Assembly: GCA_013265495.1 (NCBI GenBank)
Contig: MU057887.1
Span: 135,985 to 199,984 of the forward strand
Direction of reading: 5' to 3'
Source: Vicugna vicugna
Taxonomy: Eukaryota
DNA: 64,000 nt
Shown here: piece after piece, positions 35,208-47,297 of the stretch
How positions within the stretch are numbered: the stretch's first letter is position 1
Layout: each line of letters begins with the position of its first letter
Translations under genes and position numbers: made by a program
Notes under the pieces: model-generated
What the model was told of the DNA's origin: nothing
The model's database searches: none
Seen by the model: the letters and a program-made list of their open reading frames with translations, nothing else

Positions 35208-37334
35208 TATATATATTTGACCCCCGCTGGCCACAGCTGATTGTCCAGGCATGGGGTTCTCACCCTACTGGGCCAATTTGATATATGTATCAAAATAAAC
35301 CCAAATCAGTAGAAGGAAAGAAATGATAAAGAATGAAATAATAACAAAACCAGACAACAATAGAGAAAATGAACAAAGCCAAAGGTTAGTTCTTTGAAAA
35401 GGTAAATAAAATTCATAAGCCAGATATATTAAGAAACCACAAATTAAGAATGAGAAAGCAAGAATCACTTTAGGGTCTACAGAAGGTAAAATGATAATAA
35501 AAAATATTATGGGCAATTTTATGTCAAAAATTCAATATAGACGAGATAACAAACTCCTTGAATAATTCAACTTAACTGAAAATGACACAAAATTAAATAT
35601 ATCTGAATAATCTTACATATTTAATACACTGAAATTTTTAAAAATCTTCCCACAATAAAACTCCTGGCCCAGATGGCTTCCCTAGTGAATTCTAACAAAT
35701 ATAAAGATGCTGTTTCAGAAGCAGAATAATTTCAACTTGTTTAACACCATAATTTGACAGACATTGCAAAGAAAAAAATCCATAGGTCAATATCCCTCAC
35801 AAAGATATGTTCAAAAATACTTAACAAATATTAGCAAATCAAGGAAAGCAATATAAAACAGATACATCATGACCATGTAGAGTTTATCTCAAGAATTCAA
35901 GATTGGCTAAACATTTGAAAATATTAATATAACTCACTGTATGTACAGAACAAAGGAGAAAATCCACTTGTTTTTTAAATAGATACAGTATAAACTCTTG
36001 GCAAAATTTAGTGACCATTCATGATTTTTTAAAAAATCTAAGCAAACTAAGAATAGAAGAGAATTTCCTCTATCTACAAAATAACATATTTAATGGTCAA
36101 ACTATTGAAAATTCCTCCCTAAAATCAGAAACAAGACAAGGATGCTTAGCCTCATCACTTCCTTTCAAATTATACTGGAAGTCCTGGCTATCGCAATAAG
36201 GCAAGAAAAATAATAGGCATCAAGTTTGAAAAAAGAGAAGTAAAACTGTGTCTAATTTGCAGATCATGTAACTGTTTATGTAGAAAGCCAAGAGGGATCC
36301 TCTCAGCAGCTACTATAACTAATAGGTGATATAACATGGTTTCAGGATATAAGGTGTGTCAATCAGGGTTCAATCAGAAAACAGAAACCACACAATAATT
36401 CGAAAAGGAAGAGTTTTAGATTGTTTTATATAAACAATCACTCAGTGGGGAATAGCTATGAAAGTATAAAGCGATCTCTAATCACCTGACCACCCTAGGA
36501 CTGCAGGACAGTACCCAAGGAAGGGACACCTGGAAGGAAAACTCCCCTCCCAAGGCTGGGATTCAGACCCCTTTGCTGAAAATGTGGTTGCAGCCTTCTG
36601 GCTGGTGACGTTTGCTGGGTTGCCTGGACAGAGCTGATCCACAGTCGCTGGACATGCAGGTAACACCCCTGTAGGTGGCAGGTAAGCTGAAGTTGGTAGG
36701 GAGTCATACAGAGGGAATTGGGGTGTTAAATAATTGTAAAAGTTTAAAAACAATGAAAGAAATGGCTCCCAAGTAGCCCTGGTTCACACGACCTTGAGTG
36801 CCGGATGCTTCTTTCCCGACGGTGCCAGCTGAATTCCTGGGAGCTCTCTCACTACACGGCTTGGGGCGTGTGGCCCTTCCGCTAACAGAACAACATAGCT
36901 GGGGGTGGGTCTAGCAATCTGAGCTTGAACCAGCCCCTCTGGTGGCTCTGATTCTCACTTGAGTTTGAGAATGGCTCCCCTTGAGTGACATTAAAGGCCT
37001 GCCTTATACCCAAGGTTTGGATAATTTTTCTTGATCCCCCAGAAAGGCTGGTCCAACTATGGTTTTGTAGTATTTGCCCAGATTCATTTACATCAGTGCA
37101 GGAAAAAGTGTTAATTAACACACAGAAGCCTCCTTGTGAAATTGTTGCAGTTTAGAGCCATACATTTTTGGCCAACTGCTAGAGCCAAAGAATTATCTTC
37201 TGTCTGGAAATTCGGTAAGAAATCTAGGGTTGTGCTTTCACACCGAGCAACTTTTCGCTAGTGCCGGACATGTTTACTTTGGAACCACCCTCCTTGAATT
37301 CGATGTCATTTGCACACACATACACACACACGGA

Positions 37335-37490
37335 GCAGTCTGCTTGTAAACATTTAACCACTGGCTCTCGGAATGCAGAGCCCTGATTTGTGGCATCTGC
37401 CAGTTTCCGTGGTGTGAATGATCCCACCGTGGCCGATTTTAAGCTATATGCATGAAGTCACTGGATGTGGATTTGGAAGAGATGCATGCA
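37335..37490. mobile_element. MER63-like hAT element
   Basis: ccctgatttgtggcatctgccagtttccgtggtgtgaatgatcccaccgtggccgattttaagcta resembles remembered MER63. Confidence 0.55.
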
Positions 37491-38824
37491 GTGACTCTCT
37501 GGGGCTGGTGTGAGCCTCTCTGGCGTCAGCGCCTCCCTTCCAGTGGTGGCCGGGTCCGGCCGGGCCGTCCCTCCGCTTCCGGGCAGCGCCTCTGCCTCCA
37601 GGGCCCCACCCGTGGAGGCCGTGGGAACAGCGCCGCCTCCTGACTTAGCCCGGATGTGGGAGGGGCTGGGGGTAGACGCGCAGCTGCGCATGTCCTCCTG
37701 GAGCCAGCCTTCCCTGGCCTGGATTTCTTACTCTGCAGGGACCTGCCTGCTGCTGCTGGAACGAGGCCTCTGCCACCTGAGGACAAGATGGGACATGTTC
37801 AGAGTGGCACTGCCCTGCAGGTGGGTTGGCGTCCTGGGGTTCTGTTTGGAAACCAGGGATCCTTGAGGGTAGGTGCTGGGGGCTCGCCCTGCGGAAGATG
37901 ACCAGGGGAAGCGGCAGCATCCGCGGCCAGCACCCAGCTCTGTGTGCCCCGATGCGGGGTCCTCCCAGGGGTCTTGTCTGGAGGACCAAGCAGGTAGGGG
38001 TGGGGGCTGGGGGCGGGGTGAGCGGCAGCTGCCTAAGGCAGGACAGCTGAGGATGGTGCGGATGGTTTGGCCTGCCAGATGGTCTCGCGCGCTCAGATTG
38101 CAGCCAGCTCTCAGACTTCTCCCGGGATGCACCCCAAGCCACGCTCAGAAATGCTGCTCAGAGGAGGGAAGGACACCAAGGTTAGGGCTAAACCACCCAG
38201 CAGCATTACCGGAAACTGTAGGCACTGTTCTCGGGGAGCCGTGGGGGAGCTTGAGAGGTGGACTGGGGGCAAAGCAGAGTCTAGGGAACACCGCAGTGCA
38301 CCATGGGACTCACAGTCTGGGCTGAAAGGCGGGGGGGGGGTTGGGCAGCGTGTGGTTAGTAGCGCTTAGCTCGCCTCTGCTCCCTCATCTGCTCCTCACG
38401 CCACTGTCATGGGGCCACCCAGGCCCAGGTGGCCACCTGCAGCCCCAGGCTGGCAAGGTCACCAGGTTAGGAGTATGCATGCATGCGGCCTGGTGGCGTG
38501 GTCTCCAGCCATCCGCACGTGCCCCACGACGTGATCATTGTCCGGTGGGCAGAGATAGAGTGGCCAGAAACACAGGCACAGGGCCACAGCCCGGGATGAA
38601 GTCACTGGCTGGCTGTGTGACCTGGATGTGTCCCTTTAGGTCCCTGTGTTTCAGGTCCGAGGCAAGAGCCAGGCTGGGTGGGTACACAGCAGGTCGTCAG
38701 GGAACCGGCTCTGCAGCCTGTGGGCTGTGGGGGCCAGATGAGGCAGACGGGGCAGCCCTGGGTGGTCCCGGGGTGCAGAAGCCACAGGGAAGCAGATTTC
38801 AGGTGACCTATGGAAAGGTGTCCT

Positions 38825-39210
38825 TGATGGGCTGAATTGTGTTCCCCTAGTATTTGCGAGCATGACCTGATTTGGAAATAGGGTGACTGACTCTAAATGA
38901 GACCCCTGGGATGGATCCAGTGCAATACAACTGTGTTCTTATGAAAAAGGGAAATTTGGACACAGACACGCACACGGGGAGAAGGCCACGTAAGGTGGAG
39001 GCGGAGACGGGGTGGTGAGTCTCCAGGCCAGGGAACGGAAAACACTCATGGAGGGAAAATGATGAGGAAACACAGTGTGGAGACAGCCATCTTCGAGCCA
39101 CAGTGTGCCTGAGGTTTACGGATGCTGGGAGAGAAGCCGGAAACAGATTCTCCCCCACAGCCTCAGGAGGATCCAGCCCTGCTGACACTTTAATCTCAAA
39201 TTCCCTGCCT
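38825..39210 (+). mobile_element. MaLR LTR (MLT1B/C-like)
   Basis: tgggctgaattgtgttcccc...tttggaaatagggt...gaaacagattctccc...cagccctgctgacac. Confidence 0.7.
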
Positions 39211-39289
39211 TTGTGAAGTGGACAAAACCATAAAAAGGTGACTCATAGTAAGTTATGAAAACCTAAAGGAATCGAATGGAGCAAGGAAG

Positions 39290-40010
39290 GAGAGGAAATG
39301 CTGTCTTGCTGAGAGTGCCTGGGACAGCTGCACTGAGGGGACTGTGGTCAAGTTCCCAAGCAAGTGGGGGAGCCAGCAGGGAAGACGGCTGGAGAAGAAC
39401 ATGCAAATGCAAGCACAGCCTGTGCAAAGGCCCTGTGGCAGGAGCAGGCCTCATGGGTTCCAGGAAGCACAAGGAGGCCACGTGGCTGGGAGAGAGCCAT
39501 GAAAGTGAGAAGAGCAGGAAGGGAAGCTGAAGGGGCCAGATGTGCAGTGCCTATGGCCTTGAGGACTTCAGCTTTTGCTAAGCAGGAGTGACAGCAGGAT
39601 TTTAACAGAGGGGCTATCACACTGCCCACATGAATGGGGCTGCCTATGTTCAGGCAGTGGTGGCAGTAATCCAGGTGAGATCATGGCTGAGATCAAGGTG
39701 ATGTTGGTGTGGGTGGTGAGATACAGGCACATCCTGTGAATGGTCCGAGGATGCAGCTGACAGATTGCCGATGACCAGGCGGGAGGAGTGAAGGGTGACT
39801 GCAGAGGTGCTGGCCTGCGTATCAGGAAGGCTGACTCCCCCCGCAATGGGGAAGGTGCAGGAGGGGCTGCGGGAGACCAAGCCATCTGAGATACCTGCCG
39901 ACATCAGTGGGGCTGGCCACGGGCAGCCGGATATACACAGCGAGGGGGTCCCTGGCAGAGGTGCGGGCTGGAGATGGAGGTTGAGGAGCCACCAGCACAG
40001 AGACAGAAAG
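39290..40010. mobile_element. L2 LINE fragment
   Basis: agcctgtgcaaaggccctgtggcagga...agcacaaggaggcca...gcagtaatccaggtgaga motifs typical of the L2 3' region. Confidence 0.6.
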
Positions 40011-40660
40011 CCCAGAGGCTGGACCAGGCCAGCAAGAATTCAGGAGAGGTGGGCCCCCCGGCACTCAGCGATTAGGCAGAAGAGAAACTGGAGGGGTCCA
40101 TCTCCGTGACCCTGGGCCAGTTGGGGACAGGACGGTGCTGTGGCAGACCCCTGTGGCGGGGCTCCACTTTATAGTCTGTCCCATTCCCTGGCCACAGCTG
40201 ACTGTCCAGCAGTGGGGGCCTCGCCCAGCTGGGCCGACCAGAGGCCTCTGTACGTCTGGAGCAGGGGTGCAGGGAGGCTGGCTTCCCAGTCTGGCTAAGC
40301 CCCGGGGCAGTTTTGGCTAACCTCGCTGCCAGGCTGCCTGGGAGGCAGAGAAGGCGAGGATGTTGATGCTGAGAGGGAGGGAGGGAGGGAGGGTGTGGAC
40401 ATGGCACCTGGCCTGAGTTTCTGTTACTTGTGACCATCAATCCTGGTCCTAACAGGTGCACATGCCACCTCCTAAGGGGACCAGTGCATGGAAGGCGCCT
40501 GAGAGCCTCCCCCACCTCCCTCCCTCTGTCAGGGTGGGGCGAGGGCAGAACGCTGATTTTCAGCCTCTCCGATTTCCACCTCCCTGCCCCATGTGCTCCC
40601 AGAGGTTTTTCCGACGAAGGCAAGGAAACAAACCGCAGGACTTTGAAATCATCCATCGAG

Positions 40661-40666
40661 TTTAAT
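40661..40666 (-). terminator. Candidate distal PHF21B poly(A) signal ATTAAA
   Basis: tttaat on +; followed ~25-40 nt later on - by GU-rich GGTTTGTTTCCTTG (40621-40634). Confidence 0.6.
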
Positions 40667-41363
40667 GCATCGTACAGAAGGGAAACTACATCAGCATATT
40701 TAAGACAAACACTTTTTCTCTATCCTCACTATCCATTGGACGGTCCTCCTCGGTCCAAAAAACTAAGTCTCAAGACACATCGGCAGCTACCCCTCCTGGG
40801 TCCAACCTTTCATATCCTCCCAGTACATTTTTAAAAAATTTAATTCACTCCATCCAAGAAGAAAAACAAACCAACAGAAAAGGAACCTGAAGACATTTAC
40901 ATTGCAAGCCACGCAGTAATGCATAATTGGCATCTCGAGTAACCAATATATAAGACATGTGTCTCACAGTTCGCTTTGTTCATCAATAAAAGAATATAAA
41001 AATCTTGTTCAACCCAGTGTTGAGTGTATTAAAATAGATCTGTATCGTACAGCACAGTTTCTCCCGGAGTCGTGAAAATGACAGGAGGGACCATGGCAGT
41101 CTGTGGGATTCCGGCCAGCCTCCTTGCTCTGCACCTGGCAGCGTGTGTGCGTGCGTGTCGGGGGCCACGTATGCACACGCACACGTGTGTTCAGCGCAAT
41201 GTGGCACCGTGTGATATGCTGGGGGTGGGAGCCCTGTGGCTCCCAGATGCTCATCCTGTTGTGCTAAGTCCCTGGGGACTGGAGAAGCTGAGGGTGTGAC
41301 GAGCCCGCAGCTTGTAAGCTGGCGGGCACCCTCGGCTCTCGGGGGGGGGGGGGGGGGCGGCGG

Positions 41364-41444
41364 NNNNNNNNNNNNNNNNNNNNNNNNNNNNNNNNNNNNN
41401 NNNNNNNNNNNNNNNNNNNNNNNNNNNNNNNNNNNNNNNNNNNN
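41364..41444. other. Assembly gap (81 N) flanked by G homopolymers
   Basis: Directly visible; G17 at 41341-41357 and G14 at 41445-41458. Confidence 0.99.
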
Positions 41445-42580
41445 GGGGGGGGGGGGGGAGACGGCAGGAAGAGGGCCTCTCCGGTCTCCCAAGGCCACCC
41501 CTCCCTTCTCCCCAGCCCTCACCCCACTTCTTCAAACCCCTCTGGATCCGTCCAGTTTGGCAGCACCCCGCCCCCGAGGGGTTTCCCGTTGGTCCCTGGC
41601 AGCAGAGACCACTGGGAGCAGAAAAAGAAGGTAGCAAGTGTCCCCTTCACATTAACTATCTCACGATAAAAACACCATACAAAAATGTAAAGTTTCTTTT
41701 TGGCATAGTGTCTGTACTGGCAAGACAAGAGGAGTGGGAGACTTTATCGGCTCTTCGAAGGGAGAAGACAAAAGGCTTCGGTCGGAAGTTGAACGATTCA
41801 ACCCAAAATAGAAAACCCACCAAACGCCTCCACGGCACGGCTGCAGCTCCCTCTTGCCCCAAAACTCCATGAGAAAAAGACAGCGAGAGCAGAACAGGTC
41901 CCAGAGTCAGCAGAGGAAGGAGGCGGGCAGCCAGGGCTCTCAAGACGCGGCGGCGGAGCCTGGCATCCCCCCAGGCGCCTCCTTCACGTTAAACAGCTGC
42001 GGGTCGGAACGGCAACACTGACAGCGGGGCAGGGGCGTCTGGGAGGCGGGGGCCGGGCCTGGCTCGCGCCCAGCGGGCCCCGTGAGGGAGGGCGGCGGCT
42101 TCTACCTAGATCTGCTACCCACTCTCGCCCCAGCTACCTCTACTGCTCAGCTACGTTGTGCCCCAGCTCCCCGCCCGCAGGACCCCCGGGCCTTCCTCCT
42201 GGGGCCTGGGCTGCACAGTCCTCCTGGCCCCTCCGGGGCCTCAGCCCTCTTTCTCCTGCGGGGGTGGCACAAAGCCGAGGAGACACCTGTGCCCAGAAGC
42301 CGGAGGCCTTGGCAGCCCCCCAATAGCCAGGAGCTAACTGTATGCCCCCACCTGGCTCCTGGGCGTCCCGTCTGAACGTGATGGGTGTCGGACTCCATCC
42401 CCACCCGTCCAGGCTCTAGGCTTCTCATCCAGCTCCTTCTCCCTTCGCTCCTCTGTCTCTGTCTGGTTTTATTTTTGTCTGCAATTCATAGTGTTTATGA
42501 ATTAAGGCTGACAGAACCCTCAGGTCTTGTGAGCAAGGTCCCAGTGACTTTCCGTGGGTGTGAAGATGGGTCCCTTGGGG

Positions 42581-42799
42581 TCAGTTGTGCCCCTGGGGAT
42601 GCTGGAGGGCAGAGTGCATGGCGGCTGCTGAGGGCTTGGTCCAGGGCCCAGCCAGCAGTGGGGCGGGGCTGGTGGTTGTCATGGTGACCTGGAGCATCTG
42701 CTCGCCCTGTATCAGTCTCAGGAGGGCCCGCAGGCGGTCCAAGGATGACTGGGTGCCCCTCTGCCGGGCCAGCAGGCTCGTCTTCAGCTCCAGGCATTT
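42581..42799 (-). CDS. PHF21B: PHF21B last coding exon ([17 protein letters not shown]...HPQGHN*)
   Basis: cgacag|AAA, phase 0; 72 codons then TGA (tca at 42581-42583). Confidence 0.95.
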   Translation of the reverse strand, partial: KCLELKTSLLARQRGTQSSLDRLRALLRLIQGEQMLQVTMTTTSPAPLLAGPWTKPSAAAMHSALQHPQGHN

Positions 42800-43427
42800 C
42801 TGTCGGGGGCAAGGAGTCAGAGAGTAGGGTCTCAGAATTCAGCTAGGCAGGTGTCCTGCGACAGCCACCCCTCAGCCCCTTCTCCCAAAGCCCCTCCCTT
42901 CTATTGCAGAGGCCTTCAGGAAACCATGAAGAGGGCCTCACATACACCAGGCAGCAGCAAAAGTGGAATTAAACAGCAGCCAGACCCACAGGAGATACTT
43001 GTTTTACAGTCGAGGGCTGGAGATGGTGTGCGTGTGTGGGAATGTGGGAAAGTTCTCCCTCGTGCTTGTGACACTGCCGAGCAGACCCCATCTCTCTCTC
43101 CTCCTGCTGGAGGAAGCTCACAGCCTGTTTGGGCTCAGCAGCAGCAGCTGTGGAAGACCTTCCGATCCCTGGCCGGCTTCCCACTCTGTCTCCTGCCTGC
43201 TGTGTTCGTGGCTTTTGCTAGCTTTTGTATATATCATGGTGGCACAGGAAAGTGGTAAGGGCCGATGCCTCAAGTGAGAGTTTCACTCATCTGCTGCTTG
43301 GACAGGTAACTGAAACTCCCTGAGACCGTGTCCAAACCACTGAGAGAGGAATAATCATGTTATTGAGAGGATTAAATGAGATACTGCATTTAAAGGGTTT
43401 TACCAGGACCTGACACTGCTGTTGGCA

Positions 43428-43745
43428 ATATCACCACCACCACCATCATCATCACCACCATCAACATCACCACCATCATCATCCTCATCACAACCATCGT
43501 CACCATCACCATCATCATGCACACCTTTATCACCACCACCATCATAACCATCACCACCTCCATCACCATCACCACCACCATCACCATCACCACCATCATC
43601 AATATCATCACCATCATCAATGTCATCACCACCATCAGTATCATCGTCACCATCAGTATCATCACCATCATCACCACCATCACGATCACGTCGCCATCAT
43701 TAACATAATCATCAAAATCACCACCGTCACCACCACCACCCTCAT
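43428..43745. repeat. Degenerate (CAC/CAT)n trinucleotide repeat in the last PHF21B intron
   Basis: ~320 bp of interleaved cac/cat/aac triplets. Confidence 0.95.
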
Positions 43746-44045
43746 CTTGCTGATCACCACTCTGCAGAGGAGAAATCATCGCGTTCACTTTATACAAGAA
43801 GCTGAGGTTCAGAAGCAGTCAGGGCCTTGCTGAGGTCCCAGAGCTGAGAAGGAGCAGAGCCAGATGCTCAGCTGCTTGATAACTATTTGTGGAATGAGTC
43901 ACAGAGCTGCCTTCTGCACCTGCTGACTGGCTGAGTGATGCTGGCGAGTCTGTTTTCTCCTGGGGCCTCGGTAAGCGGACAGTGAAGCTTTGGATCTAGG
44001 TCTCGTGGTTCTGAAGGCAGATCCCCCACCACCCACACCACACAC

Positions 44046-44149
44046 CTTCACCGCTGAGGCCAGGCGCCGGTCCCGCTCCTCCAGCTGCTGGTGCTCACTC
44101 TGCAGCTCACTGCCCCTCTGCAGCAGCTTCTGCTTCTCCTCTTCCTTGA
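44046..44149 (-). CDS. PHF21B: PHF21B exon, coiled coil ([35 protein letters not shown])
   Basis: ccccag|TC...AAG|gtgtgt; 104 nt, phase 1-0. Confidence 0.95.
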
Positions 44150-44484
44150 CTGGGGAAGAGAAGGCCATGCCCCCCCAGGAGCGGCAGGTAAGCAGGGGCT
44201 GGGCTGTGGTTGAGCAGGAGAAGCAGAGAGAATCCTAGGCCCCCGCCTATAGACCATTCTGGCTACGGCCTCCTGCAGGAGCCAGCGGCTCTTGCCGGAT
44301 GAACAGGGACTGGAATTCCAACCCCGCAGCAACCGCCCTGCACACAGGACTAGTCCCAGGGTCCCCCTTTTCAGAGCTTTGGCTCAGAACAGCCTCCGAT
44401 GGGCCCCGGGTGAGCCGAGAGGCCTGGGGGCAGGTGGGACAGAGGGGAGTCAGTGCCCCCTCCCACTTCCCAAGGCTGTCTTAC

Positions 44485-44560
44485 CTGTCTTGTGGGTCAC
44501 GTAGGAGTGCACGATGGCCAGCATCCCGGTCCAGGGCACACCTTCGTCTTTCTTTAAGGC
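44485..44560 (-). CDS. PHF21B: PHF21B exon ([25 protein letters not shown])
   Basis: ctccag|GCC...ACAG|gtaaga; 76 nt, phase 0-1. Confidence 0.95.
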
Positions 44561-45704
44561 CTGGAGGGCAGATGGGGAGCTGAACAAGTGGACAGCCTGG
44601 GGCCCGCCCCACCCTGGCTCGCCCTCGGGGAGGCACGAGCTCTTTGGGCTGTAGGTTCTGGTGTGATCTGGGGTTGGGGCTGCACCTGCCTCCTGGTCTG
44701 TCTCACAGAGGCCTCTCAACAGGATTCGCTCCCAGAGGCAGGAACCTGCTTATCGCCAGGTCCCCACGTGGTGCCCGGTGGGAAGCAGGCGCAAGTTCTT
44801 CTTAAATGAACGAATGATCATGTGTCTTCTTCCCACGTCCCAGGGACTTCAGAGCAGTCCCGGGCAAGCCAGCGACAAACTGGGGACTGCATCCCCTCAA
44901 AGAGTTGTGACCGCCCCCCCTCCCCCGGCTGAGGCAGTCACAATACAGGGCTGGTGGCCTCCGGGAGCAGCCCCACAGGGGCACACAGCCGACTGCACCC
45001 ACCGTCTCCCTCGGTCTCTACAAAACCCAGGATGATGGGAACTCACAAGCGTTAGTATTTTTTTTTTGAAATAAACGTGATTCCCCAATGATTTTTACAA
45101 GTAATACATTCTGTAGAAAAGCACACTTTTTAAAAAGCATTAAACAAACAAAACACTGATACTTCCCCTCACCCAGCCACGCACAGTATTAACACTTGGA
45201 AATATTTTCTCCCAGGTTTTTTATTCTGCATAGTTTTTTCTCAGATAGCTGATGAACTACACAGCAGCTATAAAACCTGGTTTTGATTTTTATTTTTTAA
45301 AGACATGATCTCACATAGAGAACAACTCCAAAAGAACCACAGAATCCTTGTAAAAAATCCAGTGATCACATATCTCAGAGAGTAAAGAGCTAGAACCTAT
45401 TTTACCAACTTCTTGTGGGGAAGCTGGTCTGTTTCCAGCTTTTCCCTTTAATGAAGAAAGGCTGAGGGGCTTCTCTGTGCACAGAACTTTGCCTATATTG
45501 CCTAGACTCCATTCCCCAAAGCAAGACTCTGGGTTTAAAAAGTGTACAATTTTTAAGGCAGTGCTTGAGAGTGCCTGCTTCACTGCATCACCACCAGAAG
45601 GGAGTGTTACTGCTTTTTGCTGATTTGATAGCTTTTCATTTGTGGGTTGTTATCCGTGAGATCAAATGTGTCAACTGGCACTAGTTTTGCAGTTTGTGTT
45701 GCTA

Positions 45705-45925
45705 GGCTGGTTCTACCCAGGGGAATCTGGAGTCACTGAAAGTCAGACAGCTGCAGAGGGACACCTGTGCTCACTCTGCACCAGTGGTCCTCCCCAGCGA
45801 TGTCTGAGATGGCCATGATGGGGGATGCTATTGGCATCCAGTGGGTGGAGGCCAGGGACGCTGCTGAGCAGACTACAGTGCACAGGGCAGCCCTCCACAG
45901 TGGATCATCCAGTCCCAAACGTGGG
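45705..45925. mobile_element. MER20-like hAT-Charlie element
   Basis: gctattggcatccagtgggtggaggccagggacgctgctgagcagactacagtgcacagggcagccc. Confidence 0.7.
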
Positions 45926-46100
45926 CTGTGGGAAGGCCTGTTCTTCCCCAGCCCCTCTTCTCCCTCCTCCTCAGCCCTCCCCGTCTCTGCTCATGGCTGA
46001 GGCAACCCAAGAAGTGCAGACGGCCTGAGCAGCCTCAGACGCTGTGCCGGGCGAGGGCCCTGCGGTACAGGGACAGGGTGAGGGCGACAGCTTCCCGTAC

Positions 46101-46259
46101 CTTCTGCTGACACTTGGGACACAGCCACACGCCCTTGGGCGCTGACTTGAGGGGCGGGTCCAGGCAGCTGAGGTGGTAGGCCCCCGGGCAGGCGCCGCAG
46201 GGCTGCAGGTCGGCCCCTCGCCCGCAGGCAGCACAGCGCTCATCGTGGGCGATCTCGTT
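46101..46259 (-). CDS. PHF21B: PHF21B PHD-finger exon ([53 protein letters not shown])
   Basis: ttgcag|AAC...AAG|gtacgg; 159 nt, phase 0-0; intact C4HC3 ligands and conserved Trp. Confidence 0.97.
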
Positions 46260-47274
46260 CTGCAAGAGAGGGGAGGGTGGAGGCGGGTCAGCCGGGCTGG
46301 GGTTGGGGGGGCGGGGGCCCAGGCAGCTGCCACCCCGACCTGCTGGGGACCCTCTCCTCCGCCAATGTTTCTCAGCAGCCCTGGGAGAGAGGAATAAAGA
46401 AATAAAGGAATAAACCCAGGCGGGGGGCGGTGATGACAGTGTGGGGACAGGCCTGGAAACTAGGAGGAGGAGCAGCATCCGGGTCTCTTGCCTCAAAGCC
46501 AGGGCCCTTCTAGGACTGTGGGCTCTGCAGAGCAGGACTCGGGCTCCAGGCATCCCCTGTCCCCGTGGCCGTGCTGGCTGCGTCAGGGTGGCTGTGGACA
46601 AACGCTGCCCCAGCAGCCCCGACCTGTGACACTGCAGGGTTATTACTGCCAGCAGCTCAGCCTAATGGGAGTTTCAGCACCTGTTGCTCTTTGGTGGCTT
46701 GACCTTCACTGGCGTGGAGGGCCTGGGAATTTCTCTTAGAATTAGATCTGCAACTTTGCAAAAAAAAAAAACTGAAACAGTGAATAAACTCTGAAGCCAT
46801 GCCCACAAATGAGGTCAGGACCAGCCAACCCTGGGAAGCCGGGTCATGGTGCGTGCATGGGGGGCTGGGCTCTCGCATGATCGCAAAATCTGGGTGTGTG
46901 GGGTGGGACCCTGAGACCCAAGCCCAGTCCCTCACCAGGTGGGGAATGAGGACCAGAGAGGGCCGGCTCTGCCTGGGGTCACACAGCGAGGCCAGACAGA
47001 GCCCGCTGGCGCCCAGTATCAGCTGCTTCCATCCAGGGCCCCTGAGGCCTCAGTACTGAGCAGGGCCCCTGCTTGCGCCTGTGGGCTGGGCCCTGTGGTG
47101 GAGCCGATCGCCAGGCAGGCTGGAAAGTGGACTGGTGGTGTACGAAGCTCTCGGCACCGAGGACAGAACCTGAGGCCCTGAGCTCCACTCCAGGGCAGCA
47201 GGAGTGACACTAACCTGGACCGTACGGAAGGCGTGCCCCACCCCACCCAGCTGCGGAGACCAGGGGACACGTAC

Positions 47275-47297
47275 CTTCCAGCAGGGGTCCTCATTGG
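47275..47297 (-). CDS. PHF21B: PHF21B 23-nt microexon (ANEDPCWK)
   Basis: tgctag|CCAATGAGGACCCCTGCTGGAAG|gtacgt; phase 1-0, needed to keep the frame; CACTAAC branch-point match at 47327-47333. Confidence 0.92.

Larger units (their letters stand above)
31500..36352 (+). mobile_element. Long degenerate LINE-1 (5' region, ORF1, ORF2 EN-RT), 3' end lost
   Basis: A-rich + strand; ORF1p-like remnant at 32667-32984, endonuclease-like start near 33650, RT remnant KSETRQGC near 36120; interrupted by younger insertions. Confidence 0.88.
40640..42580 (-). other. PHF21B: PHF21B 3' UTR (approximate end)
   Basis: Repeat-free sequence after the stop with U-rich blocks on the minus strand, ending at ATTAAA plus a GU-rich element. 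Confidence 0.65.

Noticed and set aside
32667..36199. L1 ORF1- and RT-like ORF fragments as possible domesticated or active genes
   Set aside because: Short, frameshifted remnants of a decayed L1 interrupted by younger insertions.
41656..41943. 95-aa ORF with a signal-peptide-like N-terminus in the PHF21B 3' UTR
   Set aside because: It starts at TTG rather than ATG, lies in a 3' UTR, and has no recognisable homology.
43390..43797. Met/Val-rich 135-aa ORF and Thr/Ile-rich 63-aa ORF
   Set aside because: They are translations of the (CAC/CAT)n simple repeat.
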